Source: Dehalococcoidia bacterium (lineage in GTDB: Bacteria > Chloroflexota > Dehalococcoidia > Lucifugimonadales > UBA1123). From it: 40,000 bases of DNA. Under the pieces are notes generated by a model. It was not told where the DNA came from. It worked only from the letters and a program-made list of their open reading frames with translations, and did no database searches. The stretch spans positions 97,807 through 137,806 of the forward strand of contig OZ244564.1 of assembly GCA_965217725.1 (NCBI GenBank). The letters run 5' to 3'. Positions 15,476 through 23,136 of this stretch are shown here, in pieces. Each line of letters begins with the position of its first letter. Within the stretch, counting starts at the first letter, position 1. Made by a program: the position numbers and the translations under genes.

Positions 15476-15637
15476 AATTGTTTCAATTATCGAGTGTTGG
15501 GACTGGTGACTTCTGTATCAATCGATCGCCATTGCCGGTGGTAGGACATGAAGGCCAGTGCCCGAAGACCACGAGTTTGTGCGGATGATCAGTACCACAC
15601 GTGAGGCCTGACCAGAGGCTTCAAGGTTATGCAATTC

Positions 15638-16270
15638 CTAATACCTGCCTGCCATCCGAGGCGCTCCACCCACGTCGCGTGATCCCCTGCCCTCGTGCTC
15701 CCATCGTTCGAGTATTCTCGAGATGTAACGCCAGCTCCGCTTGTTCTGCGCCACTGCCTCGCTGATCGCGTCTTCTATCCACTCCTCGGGATACATGTCC
15801 TCGGCTTCCAGCAGCGCGTCGGCTATCATCGGACTGAGCATCCCTATGTTCTGTTCGTACATTTCGAACACGTTTGGTCGCTCTACGGACGGGTCGGGTG
15901 GTTCCTGGTACGTCTCCGACCAACGTGTGGGCTGCGACGCGAGCTTCTCGAGGGCCGACCTGTCCGCCTCGGAGTTCAGCCCGAATATGGGTTGACGTTT
16001 GCCGTCGTTTACGACGACTGCGAAGGCCAGTGTTCCCCGTCGTACCGCGCTGCCCAGCGCCCTTTCGATCTGCGTTGCGGGCTGAGATTCGCCGTCTTCT
16101 GGCATGGCTCGGACGAGACTATCGTCGGCCTGCAGCTCGCGTAGCGTGACGAACCTCGGATATCCGCGCTTCTGGCTCAGCAGCGCGACCGCTCTGAGAG
16201 TGCACTTCAGCTCCGCCATGTCATCGATCTGGACAAGCAGAGAGCCGAGGAGCGGCGCGGGCACCGGCAC
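15638..16270 (-). CDS. DnaD-domain replication initiation protein
   Basis: The C-terminus 'NVFEMYEQNIGMLSPMIADALLEAEDMYPEEWIEDAISEAVAQNKRSWRYISRILERWEHEG' matches the DnaD/DnaB_2 domain pattern. It lies downstream of dnaB. GTG start at 16270; ATG at 16219 is an alternative. Confidence 0.75.
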   Translation of the reverse strand: MPVPAPLLGSLLVQIDDMAELKCTLRAVALLSQKRGYPRFVTLRELQADDSLVRAMPEDGESQPATQIERALGSAVRRGTLAFAVVVNDGKRQPIFGLNSEADRSALEKLASQPTRWSETYQEPPDPSVERPNVFEMYEQNIGMLSPMIADALLEAEDMYPEEWIEDAISEAVAQNKRSWRYISRILERWEHEGRGSRDVGGAPRMAGRY

Positions 16271-16370
16271 CCTGTGTACCCTTCTCGGAAAGCCGGGATA
16301 TGTCTCCGTCTGCTTGGGTGTGGGAGTCAGTGGGGCATCCTCTGGCGGCGCGGAAGTGGTGGGTTCAGGC

Positions 16371-17759
16371 TCATGTCGGCGCGTACTCCATAGATCGCGC
16401 CTGGCTCACTTCCGTCAGCGTCTCGAAGCGGACTCGATCATTGCGGAAGTATAGGGGCACGGTGCCGACCGGCCCGTTACGGTGCTTGGAGACGATTACC
16501 TCCGCGATGTTTTCGGGGTACTGGTCGGTGGGGAACTTGCGCTCCCATTCTTCACGAGTGGTGTACTGGTCCTCGCGGTGAATGAACGCCACCACGTCGG
16601 CATCCTGCTCGATCGACCCGGACTCGCGAAGGTCCGATAGCAGTGGGCGGTGGTTCGGCCTCTGCTCGACCGCTCTGCTGAGCTGCGAACACGCCATCAC
16701 TGGGATGTCCAGCTCCCGGGCAAGGGCCTTGAGCGAGCGCGACACCTCTCCCAGGGCGACCGCGCGGTTGTCGTTTCTTCCCACGTCAATCAATTGCAGG
16801 TAGTCCACGATCAGCAGGTCGAGACCGCTCTCCTGTTGGAGCCGGCGCGACTTACTGCGCAACTCCATGACGGACTGGAATGGAGTATCGTCCACGAAGA
16901 TCTGCAGGTCGGAAAGTAGGCCGACCGCATCGAGAACGCGTACCTCTTCGACGTCACTGATCAGGTTCATGCGCAGCCGGTGACTGTCGACCTCGGCCTC
17001 GGACGCCAGAAGCCGGGAAGCGATCTGTTCGCCGCTCATCTCCAGGCTGAATAGACCAGCCGAGAATCCCCCTTGTGCAGCGTTTCGCGCCATGTTGAGC
17101 GCGAGTGCACTCTTGCCGAGGCTGGGACGGGCTGCGAGGATAATCAGGTCCGAGCGCTGAAGCCCGCCGCCCAGGAGTTCGTCAAGGCTGGGAAAACCGG
17201 TCACCACGGGCGCGAGCGAGATCCTTGACGGATCGTGCAGCGCGCCGGTCTCCTCCATGTAGTTATCGAGGTAGTCGCGGATGTGGGTGAAGCCCTTCGC
17301 GTTGCGCCCGCTCCGGATGCCGAACACGACCTCCTCGGCTTTGTCCAGCACTTCCCCGACTTCCGGACCGCCTTCGTACCCAAGGTCGGCGATCTCTCCA
17401 CCCGCTCGGATAACGTGCCTTAGGACAGAGGCGCCATGAACTATGTTGGCGTAGTGCTCGATGTGGATGGACGTGGGGACGTTCGACACGAGGCGAGCCA
17501 AGTACTCGGCTCCGCCGATCTGCTCAAGCGCACCCTCCTCGATGGAGATCTCATGCGCCACGGAGACCTGGTCTATCGCGCCGTTTCTCTCATACAGCGC
17601 CAGGCACGCGTCGTAGCACTTGCGGTTGCGCTGGCTGTAGAAGTCTGTGGGTCTGAGGATACTGGTGACGCGCGCGATCGACTCACCGTCGATCAGTATA
17701 GAGCCGATGACCGACTCCTCGGCGCCAATGTCATGGGGTTGAAGACGGTCGCTAACCAC
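16371..17759 (-). CDS. dnaB: replicative DNA helicase DnaB
   Basis: 'PHDIGAEESVIGSIL', Walker A 'ARPSLGKSALALN', 'LLIVDYLQL' and 'SQLSRAVEQR'. GTG at 17759 is preceded by GGAGG with a 5-nt spacer; the ORF track starts at TTG 17783. Confidence 0.92.
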   Translation of the reverse strand: MVSDRLQPHDIGAEESVIGSILIDGESIARVTSILRPTDFYSQRNRKCYDACLALYERNGAIDQVSVAHEISIEEGALEQIGGAEYLARLVSNVPTSIHIEHYANIVHGASVLRHVIRAGGEIADLGYEGGPEVGEVLDKAEEVVFGIRSGRNAKGFTHIRDYLDNYMEETGALHDPSRISLAPVVTGFPSLDELLGGGLQRSDLIILAARPSLGKSALALNMARNAAQGGFSAGLFSLEMSGEQIASRLLASEAEVDSHRLRMNLISDVEEVRVLDAVGLLSDLQIFVDDTPFQSVMELRSKSRRLQQESGLDLLIVDYLQLIDVGRNDNRAVALGEVSRSLKALARELDIPVMACSQLSRAVEQRPNHRPLLSDLRESGSIEQDADVVAFIHREDQYTTREEWERKFPTDQYPENIAEVIVSKHRNGPVGTVPLYFRNDRVRFETLTEVSQARSMEYAPT

Positions 17760-17832
17760 GGCTGCCTCCGCACGGTGGATCAATACTCTGCCCGGGCGGG
17801 GCTGGGGACCTCGCTATGCGAGGCCGGACCGA

Positions 17833-18408
17833 TCAGCCCTCTTCTTCGTCCGGGTCGTCCTGCTCGTCATCTTCTTCGTCTAACGCTTCGGCTTCGGCTG
17901 CTGCTGCCGCAGCAGCCTCTTCGGCGGCCCTCAGCGACTCCGCGAAGTCCTCGGGAGTCGTCCCGGTCGGATGGACCAGGACCGAGACACCGGCCCGCAC
18001 ATCCGGGTGGAGGTCCAGAGTCAGATCGAAAGCGCCAAGGTCTCGGATAGGCTCGCTGAGCGAAACGGTGCGGCGGTCGATCTCCTTCTCGGTCAACTCG
18101 GCCAGTCTCGCCGCGACTATCGCAGCGGTAACCGAGCCGTACAGTCGGCCTGTGCTTCCAGCACGCATCTCGACGCTGATCTGGGCGCCGTCGAGCTCCG
18201 CAGCCAACTCCCTCATGTCCTCAAGCCTCTTGATCCGGGTAACCTCGGCGCCTCGCTGCAGCTTCGCGATTCGCTGAAGCGCGTTGTGCGTGGCCGGAGT
18301 CGCCAGGCTCTTCGGTATGAGGTAGTTCCGGGCAAACCCGTTTTTGACCTCTTTGACATCGCCGCCCTGGGCTACGCCGGGCACATCTTCCAAGAATACG
18401 ACTCGCAT
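17833..18408 (-). CDS. rplI: 50S ribosomal protein L9 with an acidic/Ala-rich C-terminal extension
   Basis: 'MRVVFLEDVPGVAQGGDVKEVKNGFARNYLIPKSLA'. The conserved rplI-dnaB synteny is present. Tail: 'EEAAAAAAAEAEALDEEDDEQDDPDEEEG'. Confidence 0.92.
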   Translation of the reverse strand: MRVVFLEDVPGVAQGGDVKEVKNGFARNYLIPKSLATPATHNALQRIAKLQRGAEVTRIKRLEDMRELAAELDGAQISVEMRAGSTGRLYGSVTAAIVAARLAELTEKEIDRRTVSLSEPIRDLGAFDLTLDLHPDVRAGVSVLVHPTGTTPEDFAESLRAAEEAAAAAAAEAEALDEEDDEQDDPDEEEG

Positions 18409-18576
18409 GGCAAGGTTACCTCAGTGAACTATTCGGGGATTTCGCCAGATGGATAACTATACTATTTTGCCATAGAGTCGTCTTGGTTGAATATGAGAAC
18501 ATGCGTACGATATTCTAACACAGCAATCGAGGGATGGCAAAGTGAGTCGTAGCCGTGTTCCCATCAACCCCCGACA

Positions 18577-18606
18577 TTGTTCCTTGCGGTGATTAGGTCC
18601 TATAAT
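18577..18606 (+). promoter_or_regulatory. putative promoter of the fic gene (TTGTTC-N18-TATAAT), giving a near-leaderless mRNA
   Basis: TATAAT at 18601-18606 ends only 8 nt before the ATG at 18615, and no Shine-Dalgarno sequence lies between them. Confidence 0.3.
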
Positions 18607-18614
18607 GGCCGCAA

Positions 18615-19736
18615 ATGATGCGGCGAATATATATACACGAACAACCCGACTGGCCTCACTTCCAGTGGCGGCAGGAGGAGCTAATTGGCAAACTCGCTGC
18701 GGTTAGACATCGACAGGGCCGTTTCGTGGGGCGTATGGAGGCCCTTGGGTTTGACCTCCGTCAGGAAGCCATTCTCAACACACTGACCGAGGATGCGGTT
18801 AAGACAAGCGAGATTGAAGGGGAGATACTCAATACAGATCTGGTACGTTCTTCTGTCGCTCGTCGTCTCGGAATGGAGATCGCTGGCCTGGGCTCCAGTG
18901 ATCGCGGAGTCGAAGGCATCGTTGAACTGATGTTAGACGCTACGGAGAACTATGACCGGCCCCTCACAAAGGAGCGACTGTTCGGTTGGCACGCATCTCT
19001 GTTTCCCACGGGGCGAAGCGGCCTGCGGCGGATAAGGGTGGGTGACTGGCGTGACGATAACACCGGCCCGATGCAGGTTGTCTCAGGCCCCATTGGCCGG
19101 GAACGGGTTCACTTCGAAGCCCCGGCGGCGGCGAGAGTCGACCATGAGATGAGAACTTTCATGGACTGGTTCAACGCGCCGGCCGATACTGACGACGTCC
19201 TCAAGGCTGGGCTGGCTCACCTCTGGTTCGTTACGGCCCATCCATTCGACGACGGTAACGGACGCATCGCCAGGGCGATCGCTGACATGGCCTTAGCTCG
19301 TTCTGAAGACAGCCCTCAGCGCTTCTACAGTATGTCGTCACAGATACGTCTGGAGCGATCCGAATACTACAGGGTCTTGGAGCGAACCCAGAGGGGAACG
19401 ATCGATGTCTCCGAGTGGTTAGGCTGGTTTGTGTCCTGCTTGGGACGAGCCTTAGAGGGTGCCGAGACGACGCTCTCGGCGGTGCTAAACAAGGCACGCT
19501 TCTGGCAGGGGATCGCGAGTCTCCCAGTTAACGAACGGCAGCGTATCGTCATCAATCACCTTCTGGATGGATTTGAAGGCAAGTTGACCACGTCCAGATG
19601 GGCAAGGCTGACGAAGTGCTCTCAGGATACAGCTCTCCGTGACATCACCAATCTCGTGGAGCGTGGCATACTCAAGCGAAGCCAGGAAGGTGGGAGGAGT
19701 ACTAGCTACACTCTCGTTAAGGTTATTTTGCCTTAG
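18615..19736 (+). CDS. Fic family protein (AMPylase-type) with an N-terminal inhibitory-helix motif
   Basis: Fic motif 'HPFDDGNGRIARA'. N-terminal 'TSEIEGE' fits the (S/T)xxxE(G/N) autoinhibition motif. The C-terminal region looks wHTH-like. Confidence 0.9.
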   Translation: MMRRIYIHEQPDWPHFQWRQEELIGKLAAVRHRQGRFVGRMEALGFDLRQEAILNTLTEDAVKTSEIEGEILNTDLVRSSVARRLGMEIAGLGSSDRGVEGIVELMLDATENYDRPLTKERLFGWHASLFPTGRSGLRRIRVGDWRDDNTGPMQVVSGPIGRERVHFEAPAAARVDHEMRTFMDWFNAPADTDDVLKAGLAHLWFVTAHPFDDGNGRIARAIADMALARSEDSPQRFYSMSSQIRLERSEYYRVLERTQRGTIDVSEWLGWFVSCLGRALEGAETTLSAVLNKARFWQGIASLPVNERQRIVINHLLDGFEGKLTTSRWARLTKCSQDTALRDITNLVERGILKRSQEGGRSTSYTLVKVILP

Positions 19737-19846
19737 CGAGGTTTCAGTAGGTGTGGGCAGGCCGATACCAAAAATGTAGGCTGGAAAAGGTAGTATCATG
19801 GACGGTGTAGGCGCACTGGAGTTGGATTCATGGAGTCAGTAGCCAC

Positions 19847-20974
19847 TTGATTGACGAGTACGAGCTGATAGACGACGAAGCTGGATTCTGCCAGTCGATA
19901 GATGCGATTTCCCGGGAGCGGCGCATTGGTTTTGACCTGGAGTCCAATGGGTTCTTCAGATATCCGGAGCGCGTCTGTCTCGTCCAGATCTCCACATCTC
20001 AAGACGTGTTCGTGATCGATCCGCTGGCCGTCGGCGACGTCAGTCCGTTAGGTGAGGTGCTGGCGAATAGGCGAGTCGAGACGATCCTGCACGCCGGCAG
20101 CCACGATGTCCTCAGTCTGCACCGTGATTGGGGTATGCGAATCGGCACACTCTTCGACACGAACATTGCGGCGGCGTTCGTCGGCATGGGACGGCTCGGA
20201 TTGGGCTCGGTTCTGGAAGAGGAGCTAGGCGTTGAGATTCCCAAGGAAAAACGCATCCAGCGATCGGACTGGAGCCATCGTCCGCTCAGCCTCAAGGCGC
20301 TCGAATACGCCGCCAACGACGTGCGCTACCTATTTGAGCTCAGGGACGCGCTGGGAAGTCGATTGCGGGAGTTGGGCCGGGAGGAATGGGTACGGGAGGA
20401 GTGCCGGAGACTGTCGCAGATCCGGTACGAGCCACCGGACCCGGAACTGTCGGTCTTTAACGTCAAAGGCTCGCGAAACCTCGACGGTCGGGGTCTCGCG
20501 ATTCTCAAAGCGCTGGTTGACTACCGCGAGGACCACGCGGTCAGGCTGGGCAGACCGCACTTCCGAGTGATACCCGACATGGCTCTGGTAACGCTGGCTG
20601 AGAAGCCCGACTCAGATCTGAGCCGCGTTCGCGGACTCGGCAAGTTCGCCCGCGGCAGTCTGGCCAGGGGCATTCGGAAGGCGATTTCAGAGGGCAAGTC
20701 GGCCAAGCCTCCCAAGCGTCCGACCTCGCCCCGGCAGCCCCGTATACCACGAGGTGAGCGCGAGGGGATCAGCAGCCGCCTATCTAAACTCAAGCAATGG
20801 AGGATTGGGCATGGCAAGCACCTGTCACTCGACCCGGCGTTGCTCTGGCCGATGAAGAGCCTGCAGCGGATAGCGCGTTCTCCCGACAAACTGGAGTCGG
20901 AGCTGCGAGACCCTGAAGTGCGACAGTGGCAGCGGGAGGAGTTCGGAAAGTCTCTGCGGCGGGTTCTGGAGTGA
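19847..20974 (+). CDS. rnd: ribonuclease D (DEDDy 3'-5' exonuclease + HRDC)
   Basis: 'IGFDLESNG', 'ILHAGSHDVLSL', 'YAANDVRYL' and an HRDC-like 'LKALVDYREDHAVRLGRPHFRVIPD'. TTG start at 19847. Confidence 0.85.
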   Translation: MIDEYELIDDEAGFCQSIDAISRERRIGFDLESNGFFRYPERVCLVQISTSQDVFVIDPLAVGDVSPLGEVLANRRVETILHAGSHDVLSLHRDWGMRIGTLFDTNIAAAFVGMGRLGLGSVLEEELGVEIPKEKRIQRSDWSHRPLSLKALEYAANDVRYLFELRDALGSRLRELGREEWVREECRRLSQIRYEPPDPELSVFNVKGSRNLDGRGLAILKALVDYREDHAVRLGRPHFRVIPDMALVTLAEKPDSDLSRVRGLGKFARGSLARGIRKAISEGKSAKPPKRPTSPRQPRIPRGEREGISSRLSKLKQWRIGHGKHLSLDPALLWPMKSLQRIARSPDKLESELRDPEVRQWQREEFGKSLRRVLE

Positions 20975-21208
20975 TGGGCTGTAGGTTGGCAGCTAGTTAA
21001 CTGTAGTGTCCATAATGCGAACCGTGTAGTGGAACACCTCATTGACGAAATCAGTCCAGTTTGCGCCGTCGTGTGACAGATCATCGAGCAGGAAGACTTT
21101 TTCGACACCTATCTGGTCGAGTTGCCCATTTGACACTACATATTGAACTACTAGTCAGCCCGGCTAGGGACGTTCAAGCGTCTAAGCGTGGTGACAGGTG
21201 AGCAAGAT

Positions 21209-21694
21209 TCAATCATGACGTATGCCGTCGCATTGATCTTCGATGAATTCCAACACTTCGACACAGCGATCGAGGTAGTCTCTTACCCTATGTACGGTGA
21301 TCCTTACTGTTCCTCCATGAGAAATCTGATTCCGGTTATTCATAATCGAGTCGAGTGCGTCTCTTCTGTAAGGAGCGTCTTCATTAAGGTATTCTTCCAA
21401 CTCATCCCGCCAGGACGGATTGAACGCCCCCGCAACTTCAACGAATCGTTGGGAATTAGGGTTCGACACTCGCGCAAGACGTCCAGATACATAGCGCGCA
21501 ACTTGAGGACTTGAGGACTGAGCGGCGAATCCTGAGTAAAGCGCTTGAAGACTGTTCTCCAAGAATCCAGCAGCGACGACACATAAGTATCGTCCCCAAT
21601 GGGCCTGTAATTCGATGTCCTGTGTAGCTATCTGGGTCTGGTTGATCAACCGCCGCAGTTGAAGTAACTGCCGGGTCAAAACAGGATTACGCAT
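21209..21694 (-). CDS. HEPN-domain protein (MAE_28990/MAE_18760-like)
   Basis: Rx4H motif 'RNQISH' (21317-21334) in an all-helical 161-aa protein. It overlaps the upstream DUF262 gene by 8 nt. AT-rich. Confidence 0.65.
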   Translation of the reverse strand: MRNPVLTRQLLQLRRLINQTQIATQDIELQAHWGRYLCVVAAGFLENSLQALYSGFAAQSSSPQVARYVSGRLARVSNPNSQRFVEVAGAFNPSWRDELEEYLNEDAPYRRDALDSIMNNRNQISHGGTVRITVHRVRDYLDRCVEVLEFIEDQCDGIRHD

Positions 21695-22808
21695 TCTTGA
21701 AAGCGGTTGTAGCGACTCTTATGCGTTTCTGGACCGAACTTTCGTCCGACGTACCCTGTATGACAGATCGTAAGTACTCGTCATTCTCAACCAAAGAATC
21801 ATGTACAGCCACTATCTCTGAAGGCTTGGGTATTCTTCCTTTTGCTATCCGTTTAGCAAGTCCAACTGTCATCGAGTCGAACACTGCGGCATTCACCGCC
21901 CTACCTTCACTAAGCCGGAACGGTCGGGCTTTCGCATCGGCAAACCCACTAATAGTTTGCTTGAATAGCGCCGATGTATCCTTCAGCCACAATTCTCCAG
22001 GGTTCTTATTTTTTTGGGCGAAGACATTCAGGAATTCGACCATAGGCTTGCTATACTCGTGACCTTGGTGCCACATTGCCATGAACCGAAGTATCAACTC
22101 CTGGTCCTTGAGACGAGGGTTTGGCCTGCCCATGATTCCTCTCCACTTTGGCGAGTCATTCATTTCTTGAATTTTGTCTATCAAGTCACCTTGGTAAACG
22201 GCACACCTTATCTCGTGGGGATTCACCTTACTGCCGCCGGTATTAAGTCGTTTGAATATCTGGTACATGCTCGTGTCGTTGTCTGGCGGGGCCTCCTGCC
22301 TAACAACAGTCGCGTGGATCAGTGAGTCGTCCAGATTGCGGCGATCTCTTTCTTTCAGGTCTCCAATGGCCAAACCTTCAAAGCGGCCATCAACTCCTAT
22401 CAGCTTGAATAACGTGCTGCTGTGCTGAGTATTCGGTCTAGGAATCTCTCCTGAATAGAAGAACTGTAGTGTCTTGAGACGCTGTTGACCGTCAATGACA
22501 TATAGGCGGCCAGACTCAGTTTGCCTACCCAAAAAAACACCGGGAACAGGTAATCCAAATAGAAGTGATTCGATGAAGCTGGAGGCCTGTCTTGTACTCC
22601 AGACATAGCGTCGCTGCCAGCCTGGTACAACTATCCCGTCGTCGTTAAGCCGCCGAACAATCCCTGCAACATCAAAATCGATTCCGAAGCTGGTGATGTC
22701 ATACCTGAGAGGTGGTACCGCTTCATCAGTGTCCGACTCATCAAGGATGTCGTCGTCCGTCCCGGTGATAAGATCCCTAGACTCAAGCTCATCGAATTGA
22801 TCTATCAT
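21687..22808 (-). CDS. DUF262 (ParB/Srx-fold, GmrSD N-terminal-like) domain protein
   Basis: 'PGWQRRYVWSTRQASSFIESLLFGLPVPGVFL' ... 'YVIDGQQRLKTLQFF' are the hallmark DUF262 motifs. AT-rich. Confidence 0.85.
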   Translation of the reverse strand: MIDQFDELESRDLITGTDDDILDESDTDEAVPPLRYDITSFGIDFDVAGIVRRLNDDGIVVPGWQRRYVWSTRQASSFIESLLFGLPVPGVFLGRQTESGRLYVIDGQQRLKTLQFFYSGEIPRPNTQHSSTLFKLIGVDGRFEGLAIGDLKERDRRNLDDSLIHATVVRQEAPPDNDTSMYQIFKRLNTGGSKVNPHEIRCAVYQGDLIDKIQEMNDSPKWRGIMGRPNPRLKDQELILRFMAMWHQGHEYSKPMVEFLNVFAQKNKNPGELWLKDTSALFKQTISGFADAKARPFRLSEGRAVNAAVFDSMTVGLAKRIAKGRIPKPSEIVAVHDSLVENDEYLRSVIQGTSDESSVQKRIRVATTAFKNA

Positions 22809-23136
22809 TGTCGAGGCCTCATGGGCGCTTGCAGCCTATCAGGTTATGTTATACCAATTGCGTGTGACGCCGCCATATAGTCGTTGACTAGCCTTTTCGA
22901 GTCGCCGAAGACCTGCGACATGGAACCAGAGAACCCTGCTCTATGTTCACATCGAGTGGTTTATGGTGCGGTTACGGCTAATTGGTATTAGCAGGCTACG
23001 GAAGACACCATATGGGGACTCCGTAACTCGACATCCTAACATTGTCCTGAGAATGCTCAGATCATAATTGTTGGGAACGGTGTGAAAAGTAGCTTTTCCA
23101 CCCTGGCGCTGACAAGGCTGGAATGAACTCCAATTC

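Noticed and set aside
20993-21136. 47-codon minus-strand ORF (GTG start; '..GQLDQIGVEKVFLLDDLSHDGANWTDFVNEVFHYTVRIMDTTVN') just downstream of the HEPN gene.
   Set aside because: It is protein-like and could be a small third gene or a gene remnant of the islet. However, it is below the ORF-track threshold, has no SD and carries no motif, so the evidence is insufficient to call.
22809-23136. 328-bp non-coding spacer with short inverted repeats (ATACCAATT at 22849-22857 / AATTGGTAT at 22981-22989; GTTACGG/CCGTAAC), considered as an ncRNA or an islet boundary (att).
   Set aside because: The repeats are short (7-9 bp). I could not fold a convincing conserved structure by eye. It shows no similarity to tRNA/tmRNA features and has no matching repeat on the other side of the islet.
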